From positions 1,311 through 65,310 of the forward strand of contig RFTK01000002.1 in NCBI GenBank assembly GCA_009923505.1: a stretch of 64,000 nt of DNA, in the 5' to 3' direction. Positions 20,060-29,703 of the stretch are shown piece after piece (position 1 is the first letter of the stretch; each line of letters opens with the position of its first letter). A program made the position numbers and the translations under genes. Origin of the DNA: Betaproteobacteria bacterium. Lineage in GTDB: Bacteria; Pseudomonadota; Gammaproteobacteria; Burkholderiales; Burkholderiaceae_C. Below the pieces are notes generated by a model. That model ran no database searches and had not been told where the DNA came from. It saw only the letters and a program-made list of their open reading frames with translations.

Positions 20060-20956
20060 TCAGACGCTGGCGGGCGCGGGTACCTGAGCGCGGTACCAAT
20101 CCGCGACCTCTTCACCGGTCATCACGGCCACTTCGGTTTTGGCTTGTACGGCATCGAGCAGGCGCTCAAACGCGTCAATGCGGTGGGGCACGCCGGTGAT
20201 GTAGGGGTGCACGCTGATGGCCATCACGCGTGGCTGTGTGAGACTTTCTTTCCACAACCGATCCAGTTGTTGAACACCACGCACATACATTTCATCGCTG
20301 CGGTGGTGCTGGATGGCCATGAGCGGGATGTCGTTGAGTTCGACGGTGTAGGGCACGGACAGCACCGGCTTGGGGTGTGCCTGAATCCAGGTGGGCAGGT
20401 CGTCAATCACCCAGTCGGCCACATACTCAATGCCGTTGGCGCTGAGGTAATCCAGGGTGTCGTCGGTCTCGGTGAGGCCGGGGCTTTCCCAGCCTCGGGG
20501 AGCCTTGCCGGTGAACTGTTTGATCGTCTCTACAGTATCCCGGATAGCACTCATCTGGTCTTCCACCTTGTGCATCGGGCCTTGAACATAGCCGTGTCCC
20601 ATGAATTCCCAGCCCGCATCAAGAGCAGCTTGTGCCACGCGAGGGTACGACTTGCACACAATCCCGTTGGTGGCCAGCGTTGGTGTGATGCCGCGCGAGC
20701 GAAGTGCTTCAAACAGTCGCCAGAAGCCGGCGCGCATGCCGTATTCGTGCCACGACCAGTTGGCCAGATCAGGCAACAAGGGTTGCCCCATGGGTGGCGG
20801 CAGCACCGTGCGGGGCATGGCCCGCTCGATCGACCAGTGCTCAATGTTGACAATGACCCAAACGACCATGCGGTTGCCGTTGGGCAATTTCACAGTAGGG
20901 CGGTCGGGAAAAGCCTGGTAAGGCACGCGGTCACTCAGCAATTGGAAGGCGCTCAT
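20060..20956 (-). CDS. Carbohydrate esterase 4 / PuuE-like polysaccharide deacetylase-family hydrolase
   Basis: VNIEHW, WHEYGMRAGFWR, EFMGHG, GWESPG and ISVHPYITG. Confidence 0.82.
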   Translation of the reverse strand: MSAFQLLSDRVPYQAFPDRPTVKLPNGNRMVVWVIVNIEHWSIERAMPRTVLPPPMGQPLLPDLANWSWHEYGMRAGFWRLFEALRSRGITPTLATNGIVCKSYPRVAQAALDAGWEFMGHGYVQGPMHKVEDQMSAIRDTVETIKQFTGKAPRGWESPGLTETDDTLDYLSANGIEYVADWVIDDLPTWIQAHPKPVLSVPYTVELNDIPLMAIQHHRSDEMYVRGVQQLDRLWKESLTQPRVMAISVHPYITGVPHRIDAFERLLDAVQAKTEVAVMTGEEVADWYRAQVPAPASV

Positions 20957-21015
20957 GGATAGTCAGTCTCCGTGGTCATGAAACGAGAACAGGTCCCTCG
21001 TGAGAATTGTGCGCA

Positions 21016-21035
21016 ATCGACAGCATCTTGTCGAT
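21016..21035. promoter_or_regulatory. Operator-like palindrome ATCGACA-N6-TGTCGAT between divergent hydrolase genes
   Basis: Perfect 7-bp inverted repeat in the 20957-21167 intergenic region. Confidence 0.45.
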
Positions 21036-21167
21036 GCCTGCGCTGGCAGCTAGGGTCTGAACCTACATGCTACCAATCTCCTGTGCGACTGGTGATAACC
21101 CTGGCGCAAAGACCGTATCCGCCATAATGAACTCAACCCCTCTCCGCTGCTGAATGAGGATTTCATC

Positions 21168-22319
21168 ATGGCTTATCCGCTTCCCCTCGCGTCCCTCGAA
21201 TCTGCTCCTTTGCGCCCTGGCGCGCTCGATCCTTTGCTGGCCTTGATCGAACAGCACATAGCCGAGAAGCGTTACCCGGGTTGTCAACTGGCGTTGGCCC
21301 ACCAGGGGCGATTGGTGTTCAACCAAAGTTTCGGTCAGGCCCGCTTGGGGCATGGCGACCCCGCCGATACGCAAGCCATGGCCGCGCAAAACGACACCTT
21401 GTGGCTGCTGTATTCCAACACCAAGGTGATCACCGCCACCGCCTTGTGGAAACTGCATGAACAAGGTCGCTTGCGATTCACCGACACGGTGGCCGACCAT
21501 CTGCCCGAATTTGCCCAGCATGACAAAGGTGCCATCACCTTGTTTCAAGTCATCACCCACCAGGGTGGATTTCCAGATGCCGAAGTGCCGCTGGAGTTGA
21601 CGGGGGATCATGCGCGGGTGCGCGAGCGGGTGTGCGATTTCAAACTCCAATGGGAGCCTGGTTCACGGGTCCATTACCACGGCTTGAGTGCACACTGGGT
21701 GCTGGGCATGGTGATCGAGGCCATCACCGGGCAGGATTTCCGCCAGGCCATCACCGACCTGGTCATTCGTCCGCTGGGCCTGGAGAACGATTTGTTTGTG
21801 GGCTTGCCCCGCAGCGAACTGTCCCGCATGTCCTTTCTCTATCAACCCGGCAGCACGGCGGGCTCGTATGCCATGCGCTTTGAGAGCACCAGCGAGGCCT
21901 GGCAACAGTGTGGCGCACCGGGTGGTGGAGGCTATGGCACGGCGCGCGGCATGGTGGCGCTCTACCAGATGATGTTGCAGGGGGGGCGACTCAATGGGGT
22001 GCAACTGCTCTCGCCCCGCACCTTGGCCTACGCCATTCGCAATTACACCGACGAGCGGGTGGACGAATTCATGGGTATGGCCATGCACCGGGGGCTGGGC
22101 CCGCATGTGCGCGGCCACACGGTGGGCATGCGTGGTCTGGGGTCACTGGCGTCACCGCGCGCGTATGGCCATGGCGGTGTCGGCACCAGCTACTGCTGGG
22201 CGGATCCGGACAGCGGTCTGTCGTTTGCCTACATCACCAACTCGCGCGTCCCCGACCCCTGGCACTCGGTGCGGCTTGATCAGTTGAGCAATCTGGTGCA
22301 CGCAGCCATCCAGACCTGA
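21168..22319 (+). CDS. Serine hydrolase, beta-lactamase/family VIII esterase fold
   Basis: SNTK (SxxK), HQGG, PGSRVHYHG and YGHGG motifs. Confidence 0.85.
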   Translation: MAYPLPLASLESAPLRPGALDPLLALIEQHIAEKRYPGCQLALAHQGRLVFNQSFGQARLGHGDPADTQAMAAQNDTLWLLYSNTKVITATALWKLHEQGRLRFTDTVADHLPEFAQHDKGAITLFQVITHQGGFPDAEVPLELTGDHARVRERVCDFKLQWEPGSRVHYHGLSAHWVLGMVIEAITGQDFRQAITDLVIRPLGLENDLFVGLPRSELSRMSFLYQPGSTAGSYAMRFESTSEAWQQCGAPGGGGYGTARGMVALYQMMLQGGRLNGVQLLSPRTLAYAIRNYTDERVDEFMGMAMHRGLGPHVRGHTVGMRGLGSLASPRAYGHGGVGTSYCWADPDSGLSFAYITNSRVPDPWHSVRLDQLSNLVHAAIQT

Positions 22320-22330
22320 CCTGACCCGGA

Positions 22331-23995
22331 TCACTGGCCGAAGCCGTCGGCCATCATGATCTCGATCAGCTGGGGTCGACCGCTGGCCAGCGCGCGCTGC
22401 AGTGCTGGCGTGATGTCGTCGGCCTCGGTGATGCGGTGCGCCTCGATCCCCATCGATCCGGCCAATTGGCAGAAGTCAATCGCTGGGTCGCGCATGTCCA
22501 TCCCGATGAAGGTGTCGCACTGCTGCATGGACACCAAGCGCTCCTTGATGATGCGGTAGCTGCGGTTGTTGGTGATGACGTAGGTGATGGGCAGCTTGAG
22601 GTGGGCTGCCGTCCACAAGCCCTGGATGCTGTACATCGCGCTGCCGTCGCCCACCACGGCCAGCACGGGACGTCCCGGCTTGGCCAGGCTGATCCCCACG
22701 GCCCCGGGGATGGCAAAGCCCAGACCACCACTGGCCAGTCCAAAGAAACTGTCGGGATCTTGTCGTTGCAAATAATGCGGCAGGGCATGCGTGGACGTCA
22801 AGGCTTCTTCCACCACGATGACCTCGCGCGGCAATTCGCGTGTGAGATGCCACAGCATGGTGGGGGCCGTCAGCGGTCGCTGCGCGGCCTGGGATTGCGC
22901 CATCGCCACCCGTTGTGGATAACGCTGCGTCCAGTTGTCGGTGGTCAGTGCCTGGTTACGCTGCTGCGCAGCAGCCCGATCGTCCGCCTTGGCGTGGTTG
23001 TGCAGTACCGGCAACAAGGCACGCAGGGTCTCGCGCACATTGGCGGCGATGGCGGCCTCGGTGTTGTAGTTCTTGCCGAGTTCCCAGGGCCGCTCGCTCA
23101 GGTGCAACACACGCGCATGGGCGGGCAGGGGCTCCACCGGGCTGTACACCGACATGCGCAGCAAGTCGGCTCCCAGGCAGAGGATCAGGTCATAGGGTTC
23201 GAGCGTGGCACGCACATTCTCTTGTGATCGTGTGAGCATGCCCTGGTAACTGGGATGATCGGTGGGGAACGAAGCGTTGTAGGGCACGGGCTCTTGAAAC
23301 ACCGCGGCCCCCAAGGTGGTCGCCAGTTCGCTGGCCAGACCAAAAGCGTCGTGAATGGCCAATTCCTGCCCCGCAATGATGCAGGGACGCTTGGCGCTCA
23401 GCAGCAACTGGGCCCACTGCGCCAGCACCTCGTCACTGGGTCGCACGCGCGGGTCAATGCGCATGGACTGCATCATGTCCAGATCACCCTCGGCATTGAG
23501 GATGTCACCCGGCAGGCTGATGAACACCGGCCCCATCGGATAGGTGCATGCCACTTTGGCCGCGCGCCGCATGATGCGCGGCAGGTCTTGCAACTGCGTG
23601 ACTTCCACCGACCACTTCACCAGCGGCGCAGCCAAGGCGGGCAGGGGGTCGTACAGCAGGGGTTCCAGCAAACCATGCCCTTGCTCCTGCTGGCCGGCAG
23701 TCAGGATGAGGGGTGAGCCGGAAAACTTGGCGTTGTAGAGCGCCCCCATGGCATTGCCCAGACCCGGCGCCACATGAACGTTGGCAGCCGTCAGTTGATG
23801 CGAAGCGCGGGCAAATCCGTCGGCCATGGCCACCACCACCGACTCCTGCAGACCCAGGATAAAACGCAGGTCCGGGTAATCGGGTAATGCCTGCATGATG
23901 GGCAGTTCGGTCGTGCCGGGGTTGCCAAAGAGATGGGTGATGCCCTCGTCGATCATCAACTCGACAAAGGCCTGGCGGCCAAATAGGTGTTTCAT
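22331..23995 (-). CDS. ThDP-dependent enzyme, benzoylformate decarboxylase-like
   Basis: FGNPGTTE, QESVVVAMADG, and the GDGS...NN ThDP motif. Start placed at ATG 23995. Confidence 0.85.
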   Translation of the reverse strand: MKHLFGRQAFVELMIDEGITHLFGNPGTTELPIMQALPDYPDLRFILGLQESVVVAMADGFARASHQLTAANVHVAPGLGNAMGALYNAKFSGSPLILTAGQQEQGHGLLEPLLYDPLPALAAPLVKWSVEVTQLQDLPRIMRRAAKVACTYPMGPVFISLPGDILNAEGDLDMMQSMRIDPRVRPSDEVLAQWAQLLLSAKRPCIIAGQELAIHDAFGLASELATTLGAAVFQEPVPYNASFPTDHPSYQGMLTRSQENVRATLEPYDLILCLGADLLRMSVYSPVEPLPAHARVLHLSERPWELGKNYNTEAAIAANVRETLRALLPVLHNHAKADDRAAAQQRNQALTTDNWTQRYPQRVAMAQSQAAQRPLTAPTMLWHLTRELPREVIVVEEALTSTHALPHYLQRQDPDSFFGLASGGLGFAIPGAVGISLAKPGRPVLAVVGDGSAMYSIQGLWTAAHLKLPITYVITNNRSYRIIKERLVSMQQCDTFIGMDMRDPAIDFCQLAGSMGIEAHRITEADDITPALQRALASGRPQLIEIMMADGFGQ

Positions 23996-24086
23996 GGGCG
24001 TTAGCTTATCGAAAGTGCAACCTAGGGTTGTCCCTGGCATGCTTGACAGGTTCTATAGTTGGCCCATGATCACCAGCCTTTGATCG

Positions 24087-25250
24087 ATGGTCCAACCCAT
24101 GCACCCCTTTGTTTTCAAGCCAGTCACGCTGCCTGCAGGAACCGAGGCACTGCGCCAACACATTCGGCAATTCCTCAAAGCCGAAATTGACGCAGGAACC
24201 TTCGTGCCCAGCCGCAATACCTGGTCCAACACGAATACTGCCTTCAGCCGTAAATGCGGTCAAGCCGGCTTCATCGGCATGGTGTGGCCTAAGCAGTATG
24301 GCGGCCACGAGCGCTCGGCGCTGGAGCGCTATGTGATGACCGAAGAAATGCTGGCGGCGGGCGCGCCGGTAGGGGCCCACTGGGTGGCGGATCGACAAAG
24401 TGGACACCAAATCCTGCGGCACGGTAGCGAGCGCGCACGCCAAACCATCCTGCCCCGCATTGCGGCGGGTGAATGCTATTTCGCTATTGGGATGAGTGAG
24501 CCCGATTCGGGCTCTGACCTGGCGGCGGTGCGCACCCGCGCCGTGGCCTGTGAAGGTGGCTGGAAGATTTCCGGCACCAAGGTCTGGACCAGTTATGCCC
24601 ACCATTGCCACTACCTGATTGCCCTGGCCCGGACGGCCCCCAAAGAAGAGGATCGACACGCGGGTATGACCCAGTTCATTGTGGATCTCTCGCAACCGGG
24701 CGTCACCTTGCGCCCCATCTACAACATTTTTGGTGCTCACGACTGGAATGAGGTGGTGTTTGACGAGTATTTTGTGCCCGATGACATGGTGATGGGACAG
24801 GTGGGCAGCGGCTGGGACATGGTGACCGGCGAGCTGGCCTTCGAGCGCTCTGGCCCGGACCGCTTTCTGAGCACTTACCAGCTACTCATCGAGTCCATTC
24901 GACAGCTGGGTGACCAACCCGGCGAGCGAGCGCTCAACGAGGTGGGTCGCATGGTGGCTCACTTGGCCACCCTGCGCTGCATGTCCACCTCGGTGGCTGG
25001 CATGCTCGATGCGGGGGCAAAACCGGTCCTCGAAGCGGCGTTGGTGAAAGACGTGGGCACGACGCTGGAGCGTGAAATTCCCGAGGTGTTTCGCCATCTC
25101 TTGCCCGGCGAACCCATCATGGATGATGAGTCCTCGGATTACCAGGCCTTGTTGGGCATGGGCACACTGAAGTCGCCCGGTTTCACCTTGCGAGGGGGCA
25201 CTCGAGAAATCTTGCGCGGCATGATTGCCAAGGGATTGGGGCTGCGATGA
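24087..25250 (+). CDS. Acyl-CoA dehydrogenase (probable catalytic subunit of a heteromeric pair)
   Basis: IGMSEPDSGSDL, GTKVWTS, WNEVVFD, LAFERS and RGGTREI. Confidence 0.88.
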   Translation: MVQPMHPFVFKPVTLPAGTEALRQHIRQFLKAEIDAGTFVPSRNTWSNTNTAFSRKCGQAGFIGMVWPKQYGGHERSALERYVMTEEMLAAGAPVGAHWVADRQSGHQILRHGSERARQTILPRIAAGECYFAIGMSEPDSGSDLAAVRTRAVACEGGWKISGTKVWTSYAHHCHYLIALARTAPKEEDRHAGMTQFIVDLSQPGVTLRPIYNIFGAHDWNEVVFDEYFVPDDMVMGQVGSGWDMVTGELAFERSGPDRFLSTYQLLIESIRQLGDQPGERALNEVGRMVAHLATLRCMSTSVAGMLDAGAKPVLEAALVKDVGTTLEREIPEVFRHLLPGEPIMDDESSDYQALLGMGTLKSPGFTLRGGTREILRGMIAKGLGLR

Positions 25251-26308
25251 GCGACATGCACGCCGAACTTGAAACGCTGATTGACCGCATCAGTGCCGAC
25301 CTCACCGATCAAGCGCTTTACCTGGACATGGAACGAGGCGCTTGGCCAGCGGCCTTGTGGGAGGCCTTGGCGCAAGCGGGTGTGCCTCGGGCATGTGTGC
25401 CCGCAGATCAAGGCGGTGCCGAGCTGCCGTTTGCTGACGCCATGGTGGCCTTGCGCCGCAGCGCCTACCAGGGCTTGCCGGTGCCGCTGGCCGAGTCCCT
25501 GCTGGCCACGCGGTTGTTGCTGGCCGCCGGACTGTCTGTGCCGACTGGCGTGCTGACGGTCACCGCCTGTCATGCGCAGGATGACTTGCAAGTGCAGGGT
25601 GACGGCCAGCATCTGTGGCTGCAAGGTCAAGCGCACCGCGTGCCCTGGCTCTCCCATGCCGAGTATTGGGTGGTGGTGGCGCGACACCAAGGCCGCGAAT
25701 GTGTGGCCGTGCTCGAGCGTGCCGCCTGGGCTGACGCTAGCGTCTCCACTCGACACAACCTCGCCGGCGAGCCCCGGACTCACATTGAAGTGCAGCGTGC
25801 CCCCGTGATGGCCATGGCGCCGTTGAACGACGCGGCCGAGCGCCTGTTGCTGGAGGGGGCACTGATGCGGTCGGTGCAGATGGCGGGTGCCTTGCAACGT
25901 GCGCTCGACCATTCGATTCACTACGCGAACGAGCGCGTGCAGTTTGGTCGGCCCATCGGCAAGTTTCAAGCCGTGCAACACATGCTGGCGGTGCTGGCCG
26001 GTCACGTGGCCGCCAGCAGTGCCTCGGTGGACGCCGTGGTGGGTGCGTCGGAGCACGCGCCACACACGCTGCTCACGGCGGTGGCCAAAGCCCGCGTGGG
26101 CGAGGCCGCCAGCAAGGGCACCGAAATTGCGCACCAGGTGCATGGGGCGATGGGATTCACCCGCGAACATCCCCTGCACCACGTGACCCGTCGCCTGTGG
26201 GCCTGGCGCGATGAATTCGGCAACGAAACGCTGTGGCAAACCCGACTGGGTCGCCTGGTGACCCAGCAAGGCGCCGATCAGCTCTGGCCTCTGTTGACCT
26301 CTTTGTGA
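25247..26308 (+). CDS. Acyl-CoA dehydrogenase-like partner subunit
   Basis: RVQFGRPIGKFQAVQH and HQVHGAMGFTRE, with a divergent N-terminal half. ATGA-coupled to the previous ACAD. Confidence 0.85.
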   Translation: MSDMHAELETLIDRISADLTDQALYLDMERGAWPAALWEALAQAGVPRACVPADQGGAELPFADAMVALRRSAYQGLPVPLAESLLATRLLLAAGLSVPTGVLTVTACHAQDDLQVQGDGQHLWLQGQAHRVPWLSHAEYWVVVARHQGRECVAVLERAAWADASVSTRHNLAGEPRTHIEVQRAPVMAMAPLNDAAERLLLEGALMRSVQMAGALQRALDHSIHYANERVQFGRPIGKFQAVQHMLAVLAGHVAASSASVDAVVGASEHAPHTLLTAVAKARVGEAASKGTEIAHQVHGAMGFTREHPLHHVTRRLWAWRDEFGNETLWQTRLGRLVTQQGADQLWPLLTSL

Positions 26309-26330
26309 AATATTCTCCTTCAAGGCTTTC

Positions 26331-27110
26331 ATGAGCACCTCGACCGATTTGCAGATCACCCCGCACGGCCATGTCACCCAGGTGGACATGTGCCGCCCGC
26401 CGCACAACTTCTTTGACCACGCCCTGATCTGTCAGCTGGCCGATACATTTGAGCAACTCGATGCCAACCCCGCCTGTCGCGCCATCGTCCTGGCCGCACA
26501 AGGCTCGTCCTTTTGCGCCGGGGCCAATTTCAACGATCCCCATGAGACGGTGAGTCGCGATGCCGGGGGCACCATGAACCCCATCTACCATGAGGCCTTG
26601 CGCATTTTTGCTTGCCGCAAACCCATTGTGGTTGCAGTGCATGGCCCTGCCATCGGGGGTGGGCTGGGCGTGGCGCTGGTTGGCGACTTTCGTATTGCGT
26701 GTGAGCAAGCCCGCTTTTCGGCCAACTTCACCCGCCTGGGCTTTCATCCGGGCTTTGGTTTGTCGGTGACCTTGCCCCGGCTGGTGGGTCTGCAAGCTGC
26801 ACAACGGTTGTTTTACAAGGGCGAGCGCATCCAAGGTCGGCAGGCGCTGGAGATGGGCCTGGTGGACGAACTGGTGAGCCAGGATCAAGTGCTGCCACGG
26901 GCACTCGAGTGGGCTCAGGACATTGCCTTGTCAGCGCCAATCGCCCTGGAATCGGTACGCGCCACCCTGCGACAGGGATTGGTCGAACAATTGCGCGCAG
27001 CGGTGATCCGTGAAAGCGCCGAACAATACCAACAGTTCAAGACCGAGGATTTCAAAGAGGGTGTGCGCGCCATGACGGAGCGTCGCCCGCCCAACTTCCA
27101 GCGGCGCTGA
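26331..27110 (+). CDS. Enoyl-CoA hydratase/isomerase family protein
   Basis: [23 protein letters not shown] and FKEGVRA. Confidence 0.9.
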   Translation: MSTSTDLQITPHGHVTQVDMCRPPHNFFDHALICQLADTFEQLDANPACRAIVLAAQGSSFCAGANFNDPHETVSRDAGGTMNPIYHEALRIFACRKPIVVAVHGPAIGGGLGVALVGDFRIACEQARFSANFTRLGFHPGFGLSVTLPRLVGLQAAQRLFYKGERIQGRQALEMGLVDELVSQDQVLPRALEWAQDIALSAPIALESVRATLRQGLVEQLRAAVIRESAEQYQQFKTEDFKEGVRAMTERRPPNFQRR

Positions 27111-27156
27111 ACTCGGGCGGTGCGACAATGCCCCCTTGATTATCCAAGGAGAGGTT

Positions 27157-28143
27157 ATGCAATTGGGCATGGTGGGCTTGGGTCGCATGGGCGCCAATTT
27201 GGTCCGACGTTTGCTGCCCCGTGGGCATGCGTGTGTGGTATTTGACGCGCAGTCCGAGGCCGTGCAGACACTCGCGGCTGAGGGCGCGAAACCCGCCCGC
27301 GATTTACGCGACCTGGTGCATCAACTGGCCGCTCCGCGCGCCATCTGGGTCATGCTACCCGCCGGCGACAGCACCGAATCCACCTTGCAGGAACTGGCCG
27401 GTTTGCTCTCTGCGGGCGACATTCTGATTGACGGTGGCAACACCCACTACGTGGATGATGTGCGCCGCGCGCAATCGTTCCAGCAGCAGGGCCTGCGCTA
27501 CTTGGATGTGGGAACAAGCGGTGGCGTGTGGGGCCTGGCGCGTGGGTATTGCCTCATGATTGGTGGTGACGCGTCGGCATTTGAGCACCTCGATCCCATT
27601 TTTCGCGACCTTGCCCCGGGCCGTGGGACGCTGGAGCCCACACCGGGTCGTGAGGGTCGTACCTCCACGGCGGATCAGGGGTATCTCTACACCGGGCCTG
27701 CCGGGTCGGGCCACTTTGTGAAGATGATTCACAACGGCATTGAGTACGGGATGATGCAGGCCTTTGCAGAAGGCTTTGATATTCTGAAAGGTGCGGGCCA
27801 GTCGTTCATACCTGCCGAGCGCCGCTACAACCTGGATCTGGCGGACATTACCGAGTTGTGGCGACGCGGCAGCGTGGTCTCGTCATGGTTGCTGGATTTA
27901 AGCGCCATGGCCCTGGCGCAGGATCCCGACCTCAGCAGCTATTCGGGTCATGTCGAAGATTCGGGCGAGGGCCGCTGGACCTTGCTGGCCGCGATTGAAG
28001 AGGCCGTTCCTGCCGAGGTCTTGTCAGCAGCCTTGTATGCGCGCTTTCGCTCGCGTCAGGACCACACCTTTGCCGAAAAGACCTTGTCGGCCCTGCGCAA
28101 GCAATTTGGGGGACACCAAGAGCCCAAGAAACCGACGGCCTGA
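27157..28143 (+). CDS. gnd: 6-phosphogluconate dehydrogenase, decarboxylating (short form)
   Basis: [35 protein letters not shown] and [16 protein letters not shown] before ATG 27157. Confidence 0.92.
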   Translation: MQLGMVGLGRMGANLVRRLLPRGHACVVFDAQSEAVQTLAAEGAKPARDLRDLVHQLAAPRAIWVMLPAGDSTESTLQELAGLLSAGDILIDGGNTHYVDDVRRAQSFQQQGLRYLDVGTSGGVWGLARGYCLMIGGDASAFEHLDPIFRDLAPGRGTLEPTPGREGRTSTADQGYLYTGPAGSGHFVKMIHNGIEYGMMQAFAEGFDILKGAGQSFIPAERRYNLDLADITELWRRGSVVSSWLLDLSAMALAQDPDLSSYSGHVEDSGEGRWTLLAAIEEAVPAEVLSAALYARFRSRQDHTFAEKTLSALRKQFGGHQEPKKPTA

Positions 28144-28179
28144 GTTGTTCTCCTAGAACTGGCCTGGTGTCCTTCAGGG

Positions 28180-28965
28180 TCACTTCACCCGCAGCAGGAA
28201 TTCCTTCAAGACGGTATCGAAGGCTGCAGGTTGCTCGGTATTGACCAGGTGCGCCGCGTTCGGGATGAGGTGCATGACGGACCCTGGAATGTGTTCGTGA
28301 ATGATGCGGGACATCTCGGGTGGCGTGCCCGTGTCCTCGGTGCCCACCACCACCAGCGTCGGGCACCGGATGCTGCCCAGCCGGTCGGTCAGATCAAGGC
28401 CGGAGATGGCTTCGCAACACGATGCGTAGCCTTCGGGCGGCGTGTTCAGAATACTTTGGGTGATACGCTCAATGACGGGCAGTTGGGCGTCGCGACTGGG
28501 TGCGGTGTACCAACGAGCCAGGGTGGGCTCCAAGAGCGAGGCCATGCCTTGCGTGCGGGCGATGCGCGCCCGATCGGCCCACATGGCGGGCGCTGCAGGC
28601 ATGCCGCGACTGGTGGTGGCGGCCAATCCCAGGCTTTTCACCATTTGCGGGTACTTGAGCGTGAAGGTCTGACCAATCATGCCGCCCAGTGAGAGGCCCA
28701 ACCAATGGGTCTGCTGGATGCCCAGATGTTGCATCAGATGGTAGGCGTCATCGGCCAGTCCCTCTAGCGTGTAGGGCCCTGGGGGGGCACTGGACTGCCC
28801 ATGTCCCCGGGTATCAAAGCGCAACACCTTGAAGTGCTGGGTGAGCCAGGGCATCTGATCATTCCACATCGAACTGTCACAGGCCAGCGAGTGCGATAGC
28901 GTGAGCCAGGGGCCTTCACCCTCGACGGTGTAATGCAAATCGATGTCGCCACAGCGTGCTTTCAT
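28180..28965 (-). CDS. Alpha/beta hydrolase, 3-oxoadipate enol-lactonase (PcaD)-like
   Basis: LSHSL, RFDTRGHGQS, GLSLGG nucleophile elbow and AAHL. Start placed at ATG 28965. Confidence 0.8.
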   Translation of the reverse strand: MKARCGDIDLHYTVEGEGPWLTLSHSLACDSSMWNDQMPWLTQHFKVLRFDTRGHGQSSAPPGPYTLEGLADDAYHLMQHLGIQQTHWLGLSLGGMIGQTFTLKYPQMVKSLGLAATTSRGMPAAPAMWADRARIARTQGMASLLEPTLARWYTAPSRDAQLPVIERITQSILNTPPEGYASCCEAISGLDLTDRLGSIRCPTLVVVGTEDTGTPPEMSRIIHEHIPGSVMHLIPNAAHLVNTEQPAAFDTVLKEFLLRVK

Positions 28966-29169
28966 GAAGGTCTCCGGGAAGTTGAATGGGTGTTGTAGAA
29001 GCTCATGGTAACTGCATGTTAGATCGTGTGGCTGGGGACTGGCAATCGCTTGTGTGCCTCTGTAATCTGTGGGACACCTGAGGCAAGGATTGGGTGTAAA
29101 AACTGGCGCCACAGGATCCCGTCTGCATCTGCAGTTGGCGGTATGTTCATTGTTCAGGAGAACTCGCGC

Positions 29170-29637
29170 ATGAGCAGTCAAGCCTTTTCCCCCCAGGTGG
29201 CCGGGCACGCCGGCCTGGGCCCGCTGGCGTCTCGTCTGGTCGATGTCGATGCCCTGGCGTGGCAGTCCACGCGATTTGAGGGCATTGAGGTCAAGCCCTT
29301 GCTGGTGGATCCCCAGTCAGGGCTGGCCAGTGTGCTGATGCGCATGGCCCCGGGTTCGGTGCTGCCGCACCACGAGCATGTGCTGATCGAGCAGACGTGG
29401 GTGCTGGAAGGTCATCTGGTGGACCAGACCGGTCCCGATGAAGGCATGGAGTGCAAGGCGGGTCAGTTCATCTGGCGACCCGCTGGCAGCCAGCACAGTG
29501 CCTGGTCTCCCAAGGGCGGTACCTTTTTGGCCTTCTTTCAGGTGCCCAACAAGTTTTACGATCGCCCCGGCGAGGTCGTGGACATGGGCGGCAAGGACTG
29601 GGAGACGGTATGGGGCGCCGCGATGCCGGGTACCTGA
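29170..29637 (+). CDS. Cupin protein (ChrR-like cupin domain)
   Basis: LPHHEH..EQTWVLEG and WRPAGSQHSA. AGGAG RBS upstream. Confidence 0.8.
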   Translation: MSSQAFSPQVAGHAGLGPLASRLVDVDALAWQSTRFEGIEVKPLLVDPQSGLASVLMRMAPGSVLPHHEHVLIEQTWVLEGHLVDQTGPDEGMECKAGQFIWRPAGSQHSAWSPKGGTFLAFFQVPNKFYDRPGEVVDMGGKDWETVWGAAMPGT

Positions 29638-29703
29638 CGCCAGTGCTTCATGCACGACGCATTCAGGTGCCCAAAGCGCCTGAGGGCGAGGTGTCAGGAA
29701 CTG

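Noticed and set aside
18448-20115. 555-aa minus-strand ORF, and similar long antisense ORFs (7862-9055, 56457-57659, 62739-63989)
   Set aside because: They mirror well-supported genes on the other strand. Long stop-free antisense frames are expected with GC-rich codon usage, and they contain no motifs.
20060-20956. Allantoinase PuuE, implying purine catabolism with the Mo enzyme as xanthine dehydrogenase
   Set aside because: The N-terminus does not match the PuuE pattern as I recall it, the Mo enzyme is a three-subunit Cox-like type rather than XdhAB, and no uricase or uraD/uraH genes are present. Kept at family level only.
21168-22319. Class C beta-lactamase resistance gene
   Set aside because: No signal peptide, YHG instead of YxN, no KTG, and a catabolic context. 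More consistent with an esterase or amidase.
28966-29169. Riboswitch or ncRNA in the 200-bp divergent intergenic region
   Set aside because: No conserved aptamer motif or convincing stem set seen by eye. An Rfam scan would be needed to exclude it fully.
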